Shown here piece by piece: positions 41,328 to 49,913 of a stretch of 64,000 bases of DNA. The DNA comes from an uncultured Spirochaetota bacterium. GTDB lineage: Bacteria > Spirochaetota > Spirochaetia > SZUA-6 > Fen-1364. Numbering within the stretch: position 1 is the first letter of the stretch; each line of letters starts with the position of its first letter. The notes below the pieces were generated by a model. The model was not told the origin of the DNA. It worked only from the letters and a program-made list of their open reading frames with translations, and searched no databases. The DNA lies in contig CAWGAA010000001.1 in NCBI GenBank assembly GCA_963820525.1, forward strand, positions 1,376,001 to 1,440,000, written 5' to 3'. Both the position numbers and the translations under genes were made by a program.

Positions 41328-42371
41328 ATGGAGTTTGGAATCGGCATCGTGGGGACCGGGCTCATTGCCGACATGCAGGCGCGTGCCATAGTGGAGGCGG
41401 CCGGCGTGCGGCTGGTGTCAGTGCTCAGCCGCACCCAGGATCGGGCCGCCGCCTTCGCGGCCAGGAACCGCTGCGCGCCGTACTGGGACATGTCCGCGTT
41501 CCTGCGCGATCCCAAGCTGGACATCGTCTCCATCTGCACGCCGCCGAGCCTCCACCGCGAACCCGCCCTGCGGGCCATCGAGGCGGGCAAGCACGTGATG
41601 GTGGAGAAGCCGCTGGAGATCACGCTGGCGGGCTGTGATGCCATCATCGAGGCCGCGGAGCGCAAGGGCGTGCGCGCGGGGTGCATCTTCCAGTCCCGCT
41701 TCCACGAGGCCGCGCGTGTTCTCAAGCGCGCGGTGGAAGAGAGGAGGTTCGGCCGGCTGGTGCTGGGTGAGGCCAGCGTGAAGTGGTACAGGTCCCAGAC
41801 CTACTACGACGAGGGCGGGTGGAAGAGCAGAAAGACCTTCGAGGCCGGAGCCGCCATGAACCAGGCCATCCACGCCATCGACCTATTGTTGTGGTACATG
41901 GGTCCCGTGCGCAGCGTGTTCGCCTTCGCCGATACCCTCGGTCACGAGCAGCTGGAGGTCGAGGATACCGCGGTCGCCGCCCTGAGGTTCGCCGACGGAA
42001 GCTTCGGGGCGATTCAGGCTTCCACGGCCGTGTCGCCGGGATTCAAGAAGAGGATCGAGATCTGCGGAACCGCGGGCTCGGCGATCCTCGAGGAGGAGGA
42101 CCTGAAGTTCTGGCAGTTCGATCCGCCGCGGCCCGAGGACGAGCAGATCCGCGCAGCGTACGGGCGGAAGACGCGGACGGGCGGGGGCGCCGCGGATCCC
42201 GCCGCCATTGGAACCCACGGGCATCGGGCGCAGTTCGAGGAGTTCGCATCGGCGCTGAGCGGAAACCTGCCGCTCACGGTGGACGCGGCGGAGGCGCGCA
42301 AATCCGTGGCAATCATACTGGCGATGTACAAGAGCGCGCGGACGGGCAAACCCGTCGATCCGAGGGGATGA
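41328..42371 (+). CDS. Gfo/Idh/MocA oxidoreductase
   Basis: GIVGTGLI, GKHVMVEKP, NQAIHAID. Confidence 0.92.
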   Translation: MEFGIGIVGTGLIADMQARAIVEAAGVRLVSVLSRTQDRAAAFAARNRCAPYWDMSAFLRDPKLDIVSICTPPSLHREPALRAIEAGKHVMVEKPLEITLAGCDAIIEAAERKGVRAGCIFQSRFHEAARVLKRAVEERRFGRLVLGEASVKWYRSQTYYDEGGWKSRKTFEAGAAMNQAIHAIDLLLWYMGPVRSVFAFADTLGHEQLEVEDTAVAALRFADGSFGAIQASTAVSPGFKKRIEICGTAGSAILEEEDLKFWQFDPPRPEDEQIRAAYGRKTRTGGGAADPAAIGTHGHRAQFEEFASALSGNLPLTVDAAEARKSVAIILAMYKSARTGKPVDPRG

Positions 42372-42411
42372 TCCCGAATATGGCCGGGATGACGGCGCGC
42401 CCGCGTTCGCT

Positions 42412-43113
42412 TTACGGTTTCCCGGATCCGATCGAGACCGTGCGCTTGTAGCTGGCCTCCATATGCGCGCGCATGGCGCGAAACGCCATTTCAGGATTTT
42501 TCTCCCGGATCGCCTTGAGGATCTGGGAATGCTCCCTGAACGCCTTTCGGTGATCCTCGATTGTGCGGGGGGCGTAGCGGAGAGTCTTGACGATGGCTTC
42601 CACGATGACGGGCATGATTCTCATGATGACGGGGTTCCTTGTCGCCCTTGCGATGCTCCCGTGAAACTCCAGCTCGACGTCCACCCAGCGCTCGTCCCGG
42701 GTCATGATGCCCGCCATCTTCTCCAAAAGCGCCTCCAGTCTCTCCACGTCGCCCTTGACCGCGCGCTCGGCGGCCAGGCGGGCCACCTCCGGCTCCAGGA
42801 TTCGTCGCGCCTCCATGAGGGACAGCGGCAGATCGCGCTCCGGGAGAAAGTCCAGCCCGAGGGGATCGTTGGCGACCCCGGGATTCTTCATGACGAAGGT
42901 TCCCTTGCCCCGTACGATCTCCACGATATTCTGGGAGACGAGGCTCTTGACCGCCTCCCGGACGGTCGGCCTGCTCACTCCAAAGAGTTCGGCGAGCTGC
43001 ATCTCATTGGGCAGCTTATCCCCGGCCTTCAGCTTCTGGCCTCGGATCAACGCCTTGATGTGGTTGGCGGCTTCGCGCGAGAGGTGACTCTGAGTGGTGA
43101 GTTTCTTGTACAT
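42412..43113 (-). CDS. FadR/GntR family regulator
   Basis: LPNEMQLAELFGVSRPTVREA; FCD domain FHGSIARATRN. Confidence 0.92.
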   Translation of the reverse strand: MYKKLTTQSHLSREAANHIKALIRGQKLKAGDKLPNEMQLAELFGVSRPTVREAVKSLVSQNIVEIVRGKGTFVMKNPGVANDPLGLDFLPERDLPLSLMEARRILEPEVARLAAERAVKGDVERLEALLEKMAGIMTRDERWVDVELEFHGSIARATRNPVIMRIMPVIVEAIVKTLRYAPRTIEDHRKAFREHSQILKAIREKNPEMAFRAMRAHMEASYKRTVSIGSGKP

Positions 43114-43186
43114 GGTGCTACCCTACCGGGGGCCTTTCCGGCGGCCGGGCCGCCCATATTTCCGCCGCTGTCCACGGCGGCCAGGT

Positions 43187-43214
43187 TTGACAACAGACGA
43201 CAAACGAGTATGAT
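43187..43214 (+). promoter_or_regulatory. Promoter of kdgK-eda
   Basis: TTGACA-16-TATGAT; spacer ACAGACGAC resembles the 36989-37005 spacer. Confidence 0.6.
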
Positions 43215-43269
43215 AGGACGCCAGTCCCATGACGGCTGATCTTCCCTTCACTGAATATGGAGGTTAAAC

Positions 43270-44400
43270 ATGGACGATCTAAAAATCAAGAAGGTAGAGG
43301 ACTGCCGCTATGACGGGGTTTCCCTGGGCGAGGTGATGATGCGGATCGATCCGGGAGACGTGCCGACGGCGCGGGCGCGCAGCGCCCGCATCTGGCACGG
43401 AGGCGGGGAGACCAATGTGGCCGAGGGGTTGTCCTCCTGCTTCGGGCTGCGGACCGCCGTGGTGACGGCCCTCGTCGACGACGGCGTTGGGCGAAACATC
43501 GAGTGCCAGCTCCGGGAGGCCGGGGTCGACACCTCGCACATCATCTGGTATGCCACGAAGGGCTCCGGCAAGCTCGTCACCGACGGCAAGGGCACTCTCC
43601 ACAATGGCATCAACTTCACCTGGAAGGGCAAGGGGGTTCTGCCGTCGATCACCGAGTACTACCGCGCACACACCCCGATCCGTGAGATCGAACCCGGGGA
43701 CGTGGACTGGAAGGGTCTCTTCGCGCAGGGGGTTCGCTGGTTCAATACCGGGGGAATCTACAACTGCATCTCGCCGTCCTCCACGCTCGTCGCGCGGGAG
43801 GCGCTGAAAGCGGCGAAGGATGCGGGCACCGTCACCGCCTACGATCTGAACTACCGCTCGAAGGTCGAGCCGAACAAGGAAAAGGCGCGGGAGAACAATC
43901 GCGGAGTGGTTCCGTTCGTCGATTTCCTGGCGGGCAACCAGAGTGACTTCGAGGACTCTCTCGGCGAGGAATGCAGGAAAGTGGGAAAGGATCAACCCTT
44001 CGAGCATTGGCTGGATGCGTACTCCGAGATGCTGCGGCGGGTGGCCAAGAAATACCCCAACCTCAAGCTGATAGGAACCCAGCTGCGCGCGGCGTTGAGC
44101 GCGGACAGGATCAACTGGGGCGCCGTGCTCTACGACCCTTCCGAAGACAAGATCCACCTGGCGGCGGTCCGCGAAGGGGTGGAGATAATGGACAGGACGG
44201 GCGGCGGGGATTCGTTCGCCTCCGGCGTTGCGGCCGCCCTGATGAAGGGGAAATCCCTCGCCGACGCGGTGCAGTGGGGCGCCGCACACGGCATCTGCGT
44301 GCAGGAAACGCCGGGAGACGTCTCTCTGGTGAGGCAGGGGGACGTGGAGGCGGAGGTCGCCCGCGCGCTGAAGGGCGGCGGTGTGAGCGCCCTTCGGTAG
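43270..44400 (+). CDS. kdgK: 2-keto-3-deoxy sugar acid kinase (PfkB, KdgK-like)
   Basis: LGEVMMR, GGGETNVA, YDLNYR, DRTGGGDSFASG, ETPGD. Confidence 0.8.
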   Translation: MDDLKIKKVEDCRYDGVSLGEVMMRIDPGDVPTARARSARIWHGGGETNVAEGLSSCFGLRTAVVTALVDDGVGRNIECQLREAGVDTSHIIWYATKGSGKLVTDGKGTLHNGINFTWKGKGVLPSITEYYRAHTPIREIEPGDVDWKGLFAQGVRWFNTGGIYNCISPSSTLVAREALKAAKDAGTVTAYDLNYRSKVEPNKEKARENNRGVVPFVDFLAGNQSDFEDSLGEECRKVGKDQPFEHWLDAYSEMLRRVAKKYPNLKLIGTQLRAALSADRINWGAVLYDPSEDKIHLAAVREGVEIMDRTGGGDSFASGVAAALMKGKSLADAVQWGAAHGICVQETPGDVSLVRQGDVEAEVARALKGGGVSALR

Positions 44401-44428
44401 GCGGAGCGGAGTCGAGAGGAGAAAAACC

Positions 44429-45193
44429 ATGGCGGGATACAGAAGGGACCGGAAGCGGGTGGATGCCGCGATGCGGAAGAGCGGAGTGTGCGTCGTGATG
44501 AACAAGAACCACGTCACGAAGCCCGAGCACCTCGTGACGACAATGCAGGCAGTATACGAGGCCGGGTACGTTGCGGAATGCACTTTCCGCATTGACGCGG
44601 CCCTCATCCGTGAGGCGATGCAAGAGCTTACGAAAATCCGTGACAGGATGAGCGGCGAGCGGCCGTTCGTTCTCGGCGTTGGAAGCGTGATCAACCCCCG
44701 GGAGCTTGAGTCTGCCATCGATATGGGCTTCGACATGATCGTAGCGCCGGCGAACGTGATGGGGGGATGCGGAACCGGGGCGGATTTCGTGCGAATCGGG
44801 CACAAGGCCGGGGTATTCTGCGCACCCGCGGTGTTCACCCCGACGGAGCTCAACTACTTCATCGAAAGGGACGACGGCCTGGAGCCCGACGCGATCAAGA
44901 TCTTCCCCGCGGGCTCCCACGGGCCGAAGGGCGTGGCGGACCTCCTGGCTCCGTTCGTTCGCGACAGGCACAAGGGACGCATCGTCATGCCCACGGGCGC
45001 GGTCGACTTCGTCACCGGTCCCCAGTACATCAAGGCAATATCCGAGCGCGGCTATTTCCCCGTGCTGGGAATGTCGGCTCCTCTGAAGCTGGTGGAGACG
45101 GAGAAAAAACCCGGGGACGCAGACGTGGTGCGGAGATCCCTGGAGGATTTCACCAAGAAGCTGGCGGCGGCGAAGGCCGAGCTGGGCATGTAG
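44429..45193 (+). CDS. KDPG/KHG aldolase-like
   Basis: ECTFR, GVGSV, FTPTE, IKIFPA (Schiff-base Lys), MPTGAV. Confidence 0.8.
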   Translation: MAGYRRDRKRVDAAMRKSGVCVVMNKNHVTKPEHLVTTMQAVYEAGYVAECTFRIDAALIREAMQELTKIRDRMSGERPFVLGVGSVINPRELESAIDMGFDMIVAPANVMGGCGTGADFVRIGHKAGVFCAPAVFTPTELNYFIERDDGLEPDAIKIFPAGSHGPKGVADLLAPFVRDRHKGRIVMPTGAVDFVTGPQYIKAISERGYFPVLGMSAPLKLVETEKKPGDADVVRRSLEDFTKKLAAAKAELGM

Positions 45194-45204
45194 ATACGGA
45201 AACG

Positions 45205-45230
45205 GGGAGGCGGCCGTCTGCCTCTCCGCG
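45205..45230. terminator. Hairpin between convergent genes
   Basis: CGGGGAGGCGG-CCGT-CTGCCTCTCCG. Confidence 0.45.
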
Positions 45231-45239
45231 GCTTCAATT

Positions 45240-46214
45240 TCAACGCGCGAGCACGCTCGGATTCACGCAGGACAAGGGCGGTTTACCCGAAAGCACCAGC
45301 ACCGCGTTTCGCGCGGTGGAGCGCTGAAGCTCCGCTTGAGATTCCTCGCTGTACCACGCCATGTGATCGGTCAACACCACATTTGTCAGCTTGAAAAGCG
45401 CGCAATTCTTCTTCGGGGGTTCGGGCTCGTAGACATCGATGCCCACAGCCGCGATCTGGCCCGTCTCGAGCGCGGTGACCAGCGCGTCGGGATCCACAAC
45501 CTTGCCGCGGGAGGTGTTGACCAGAATCGCGGTGGGCTTCATCCGTGCGAACTGGCCCGGTCCGATCATGTGGAGGGTCTGATCGTTGAGGGGCGCGTGC
45601 ACGGATATGAAATCCGCCTGGGCGCACAACTCGTCCAGCTCCACGCGGCGAACCCCGTGCGCCGCCGCCTCCGCGTCCGTGACGTAGGGATCGAAGATCA
45701 ACACCTCCGCAAGGCCGAACCCGCTTACTTTGCGGCGAAGCGTCCGGGGAATCGCCCCGAAGCCGACAAGGCCCAAAGTCTTTCCCGCGATGCGGTGGAC
45801 CGGCTCCTTGGACCCGATGTCCCACAGGCCGCTTCGCACCTGGCGGTCACGGCTCGCCGTGCGGCGGACGCAGCTCAACAGAAGCGCGAGGGCGTGATCG
45901 GAAACCTCCTCGTTGCAGTACCCACGGACATTGCACACCGGGATCCCCCTCTCGGTCGCCGCGGGGACGTTCACGTTGTCCACGCCGACGCCGTAGCGGG
46001 AGATGACCTTGCAGCGGCTCATCGCGGCTATCGCCTCTTTGCCAACGGGCGCCATCCGCGTGATGACCCCGTCGGCTTCGCGGCACGCCTCCGCCACGTC
46101 GGCTTCGGTCTTGCATTCGCTGAGGATGAGCTCGACTTCCCCCAGCGCGGCAAGCTCCTTGCGCTCCGGCTCATACGTCGCGTAGCCAAGATCGGTGACT
46201 ACAATCCGCAGCAT
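45240..46214 (-). CDS. D-2-hydroxyacid dehydrogenase (CtBP/SerA-like)
   Basis: RYGVGVDNV, GLVGFGAI, VNTSRG, DVYEPEP, TDHMAWYSEES. Confidence 0.9.
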   Translation of the reverse strand: MLRIVVTDLGYATYEPERKELAALGEVELILSECKTEADVAEACREADGVITRMAPVGKEAIAAMSRCKVISRYGVGVDNVNVPAATERGIPVCNVRGYCNEEVSDHALALLLSCVRRTASRDRQVRSGLWDIGSKEPVHRIAGKTLGLVGFGAIPRTLRRKVSGFGLAEVLIFDPYVTDAEAAAHGVRRVELDELCAQADFISVHAPLNDQTLHMIGPGQFARMKPTAILVNTSRGKVVDPDALVTALETGQIAAVGIDVYEPEPPKKNCALFKLTNVVLTDHMAWYSEESQAELQRSTARNAVLVLSGKPPLSCVNPSVLAR

Positions 46215-46601
46215 GTCGGCACCCTCTCTCCGCGCCGCTTGCAGGCGCATCGCCCGGCTTAAGCGGCGGCTGGAATCCTTGCGCGCCTCTCTATCGCTCT
46301 TTCTTCTATGATGTCAGATATCTGACGTCTCGAATAGAGGGCCCATGGGTGACCACGAGCCACCTGCTTTCCATTGATGCGGCCAGGAGGGAATTACCCC
46401 AAATCGCGGCTCGAGGGCGGCGCCCCCGCCGGTGAGACAAATCCGATGAAGCGCATCCCCAGCCCTCCAATGAAGCAAGCACACCGTTGTGCAGCGCGAG
46501 CCGCCGGGCGAGGCGCAGCATCCGTTGTGCGATGGAAAATCATCGACTATAATGAAAGGCGCTATCGACTCACCGCCGTTCTTATCCGGAAAGGAGTGCC
46601 G

Positions 46602-47270
46602 ATGCAGCCCATAAGCTTCAACCTCGCCGACCTGGGACTGGGACAGTGGATTGTCATCGGCTTGAGCGTTCTGGTGGGAGTCTGGTTCGTCGCGGGAATC
46701 GCGGTCAACAGGAGAGTGGGGCGAAGGGCGAGCGCCTGGCTCGCCTCAGGCCTGGATGGGTACACGTGCGGCCAGCCGAGCTGGGTGGACCTGGCCACCG
46801 CCGCGGTAGTGACGAAAGCCGCGCGTCCGGCACTTCCCCTGGAAAGGATTGAGGCGATTTTAGCATTGGAGAGGAGAGAGAACCTTCCTCTCTGGCTTTT
46901 CCAGCACGCGGCTGGAAAACGGGACAGCGTGATCCTGCGCGCGAATCTGAAGAAAAAGCCGGTTTTCGAGGCGCATCTGATTCCTTCAAGTGAATATGCG
47001 CAGATTGCCGCGTATAGTCACCGCGAGCCGCCGCTTCAGAGGGGTGAAGATCGAGATGGATTCACGCTATTCGTCGGCGGAGATGCGAGCGCGCCGGCCA
47101 TCCAGGCCCTTGAAGCGCTCAAGGAGCGTTTCAAAGGATCGCTCATCAGGGTGAGCGTGCGCGGCGAAAGCCCGCACCTGCTTTTGCACGTGAGGCTCGT
47201 CGCGCTGCGCGATGCCTCACCGGCTGTCGCGTTGGCACTGGACGAGATAGCCCGAAAGAGTCAAGCGTAG
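46602..47270 (+). CDS. Hypothetical protein with N-terminal TM helix
   Basis: AAGGAG SD; WIVIGLSVLVGVWFVAGIAV. Confidence 0.65.
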   Translation: MQPISFNLADLGLGQWIVIGLSVLVGVWFVAGIAVNRRVGRRASAWLASGLDGYTCGQPSWVDLATAAVVTKAARPALPLERIEAILALERRENLPLWLFQHAAGKRDSVILRANLKKKPVFEAHLIPSSEYAQIAAYSHREPPLQRGEDRDGFTLFVGGDASAPAIQALEALKERFKGSLIRVSVRGESPHLLLHVRLVALRDASPAVALALDEIARKSQA

Positions 47271-47297
47271 AAGGTGCTCGCGGCAGCGGGCGGGCCG

Positions 47298-48275
47298 TTA
47301 TCCGAACAGAAGCCCGGCGGTGCGCTCCAGCATGGGGATGCCCCTGATCTCCGTTTCGAACAGCGGGAGGACTGCCCGCACCCTTTCGTCGAAGAGGCTG
47401 TCGATCTGCTTCATGTACTCTTCCTGCATGGCGACCCTGTTCTTCACGAAATCGGGGATGCCGGCGCCCAGGTCCGTGCGGTCGATCTTCATGTTGACGA
47501 TCACTCCGCCCACGGGGATCCCGAAATCCTTGAACCAGTTGATGAAACGGGTCACCACTGCGATGGGCAGGGCTTCCGGCAGGGTGATGAAAAAGAACGA
47601 GGTGAGCGCTTCGTCCGTGAGGAGCTTCTTCGCGTTGCCCATCCTCTCCCGCAGGCTCACCAGGTATTCCATCAGGGGATCCTTCTCCTTCTTCTTCCTG
47701 CTGTAGGAGAGAAGGTCCTTCAGGCTCATGGCCTCCTCGCGGCTCTTGACCATCTTGTTGACCCACATGGCGTAGACTCCCGACATTCCAAGGAGCCGCC
47801 GGGCATTGGCGGTGGGAGCCGTGTCGAACACATAGGCCTCGTACTTGTCCTCGAACATGAGGTCGATCATGTTCTCGAACATGGCCGACTCCTCGAACGA
47901 AGGGTTCATGGTCGCGGACTCGACGAACTCGTCGGCCTTGGTCTTGAGCTCGGCGTACTTGAGGAACCACTCGATCTTCTCCCGTATCTCCTTTTTGGAT
48001 TTTTCTATCGTGTCGTGCGTGTCGATTTCATAGGCGGACAGGTTGGGATGGCCCGGTATCTGCGTGGGTTTGCCGAACACGTCGAGGTCGAGCATGCCCG
48101 ACAGCGAGTGCACGGGGTTCGTGGAGGCGAGCAGGGTCCTCTTGCCCTGCTGTGCGCACCACAGGGCCGCGGCGCCGGCGAGCACGGTCTTCCCCACCCC
48201 TCCCTTGCCGCCGAAAAACAGGTACTTCAATCCCTTATTTGCAGCCAGGTACTGGCGCATGGTTTTTCCCGTCAT
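47298..48275 (-). CDS. ArsA/Get3(TRC40)-family ATPase 2 (switch I Asp->Asn)
   Basis: GGKGGVGKT, STNPVHSL, FDTAPTAN, TLPEALP; ATGA-coupled to ATPase 1. Confidence 0.9.
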   Translation of the reverse strand: MTGKTMRQYLAANKGLKYLFFGGKGGVGKTVLAGAAALWCAQQGKRTLLASTNPVHSLSGMLDLDVFGKPTQIPGHPNLSAYEIDTHDTIEKSKKEIREKIEWFLKYAELKTKADEFVESATMNPSFEESAMFENMIDLMFEDKYEAYVFDTAPTANARRLLGMSGVYAMWVNKMVKSREEAMSLKDLLSYSRKKKEKDPLMEYLVSLRERMGNAKKLLTDEALTSFFFITLPEALPIAVVTRFINWFKDFGIPVGGVIVNMKIDRTDLGAGIPDFVKNRVAMQEEYMKQIDSLFDERVRAVLPLFETEIRGIPMLERTAGLLFG

Positions 48276-49251
48276 TGCTTGCCTCCGAACAGCGTTTCCG
48301 CCATCTTCTCGATCATCGGCAGCCCCGTGATGTCCCGCTCGAACTCCGGCACCTGGGCGAGGACTTCCCGACCGAACATCAAGTCTATCTGCTCCAAGTG
48401 GCCCTTCTGCATCCGCAGGCGGTTTCTCAGGTACACCGGGATATCCTGGTTGGCCAGCTCCCGCGGGATCACCCGGTTGACGATGTACCCCGACAGCGGA
48501 ACGTTGTATTTTGCGAACATCCCCGCGGCCTTCTTGGTGTCGATGATGATCATCTCCTCGGGAATGAGGACAAAGAAGAAAGCGGTCTTCTGCTTGTCGG
48601 TGAGGATGCCGGACGACATGTTGATCCGGCGCTTGATGAACTGGAGCTCTTTCAGGATCTGGTCCTCCTCGCTTTCCTTTTCCCGCTTCATTACCGCGGC
48701 AACCTGGGAATACTCCTTCATCTCCGCGCGCAATGCGGTAATCTTGTCTATCCACTCGTCGTAGACCGACGCCATGCTGAGGTAGTACAGGGCGTGCCCC
48801 AGGGGCACGAGGTCGTAGATGTAGTAGTCGTATTGGCCGCCCACAACGATGTCGACCACCGCATCGAAGATGGCGCTTTCCTCCATGGCGGGCTCGGCGG
48901 CCGCGGCCTGGATATAGTTCTCGATGTCTTCGGGGACCTTGTCCAGGCCGTACATGTCGAGGATCTTCTTTCTGATCTCATCCTGGTAGTCCTTAATGCG
49001 CTTGTCCGCGTCGATCTCCTGCGCATAGAGGTTGGGGATGATCTCCACGGGCCCTTTCCGAAGATGTCCTTCTGGAAGATGTCGGAGAGGCTCGCCTGCG
49101 GATCCACGGAGAATACCAGCACCTTTTTGCCCTGCTTGGCCAGCCAGTATGCGGTGGTGGCGCTGAAGGTGGTCTTGCCCAGCCCGCCCTTGCCGCCGAA
49201 CATGAGGTAACGGCGGTCGGGGTAGGTTTCAAAGAATTTGCGCAGCGACAT
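48272..49251 (-). CDS. ArsA/Get3-family ATPase 1, split by a -1 frameshift at ~49050
   Basis: MSLRKFF..GGKGGLGKTT..SVDPQASL..FGKGP in one frame; VEIIPNLYAQEID..YDLVPLGH in the -1 frame. Confidence 0.85.
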
Positions 49252-49272
49252 CGTGATGACTCCTGCAGCTTT

Positions 49273-49572
49273 TCAGGCCAATGCGTCGGTGAGGTCTTTC
49301 TCCCTCAGCATGCGCCGCTTCCAGGTGGAAATCTGGGGCACCACGTAAGGCAGGAGGCGCAGACTGTAGTATGGGGGAAGGATGGGAACGCCCAGCAGGT
49401 CTCCCATGGTGATGAGGATGAATAGATGCTCCATGCTGCCGCGGGTCTTGAGGGCGAAGCGGGCCATGTCGTGCCCGGCCATGCCGTACAGCACGTTCTT
49501 GACCCCCTCCATCAGCTTGCCCTTCTTTTTTTCTTCAGGCTTCTCCTGCGATTTCTCTTCCGGCATGGTCAC
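49273..49572 (-). CDS. Small CstA/ArsA-associated protein 1
   Basis: LFILITMGDLLGVPILPPYYSLRLLPY. Confidence 0.8.
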   Translation of the reverse strand: MTMPEEKSQEKPEEKKKGKLMEGVKNVLYGMAGHDMARFALKTRGSMEHLFILITMGDLLGVPILPPYYSLRLLPYVVPQISTWKRRMLREKDLTDALA

Positions 49573-49580
49573 TCCTTATT

Positions 49581-49913
49581 CTATGTTATTTCCTGGTCGC
49601 ACAGATCCGTCAGATCCCGCGGGCGTGAGAGGCTGGTCCGCCAGTCTTCGAGGCGGAACGCAACGTAGGGCAAAAGCCGCAGCGTGTAGTACGACGGGAG
49701 CACCGGAACGCCCAGGAGGTCTCCAAAAACGAGCAGGATGAAGAGCTTCTCCCTCTGCCCCCGTTCCTTCTGGACGTCGCGCACCATCTCCCAGATCGTG
49801 GCGCCGTAGAGCATCTGCCAAACGGTGCGGACCGCTTTTTTCAGAAGAGAGCGGAGGCTCCGCAGCCTCCGCCCCCGTCGATCCGTCTTTCCCTCCCTCT
49901 CCCCCTGTCTCAC
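49581..49913 (-). CDS. Small CstA/ArsA-associated protein 2 (paralog)
   Basis: LFILLVFGDLLGVPVLPSYYTLRLLPY; GTGA overlap with the cstA stop (start inferred). Confidence 0.75.
   Translation of the reverse strand: MRQGEREGKTDRRGRRLRSLRSLLKKAVRTVWQMLYGATIWEMVRDVQKERGQREKLFILLVFGDLLGVPVLPSYYTLRLLPYVAFRLEDWRTSLSRPRDLTDLCDQEIT

Noticed and set aside
47298..49251. Arsenic-resistance (ars) operon
   Set aside because: No arsB/acr3/arsC/arsD/arsR; the ATPases are single-domain and Cys-poor, and the context is cstA
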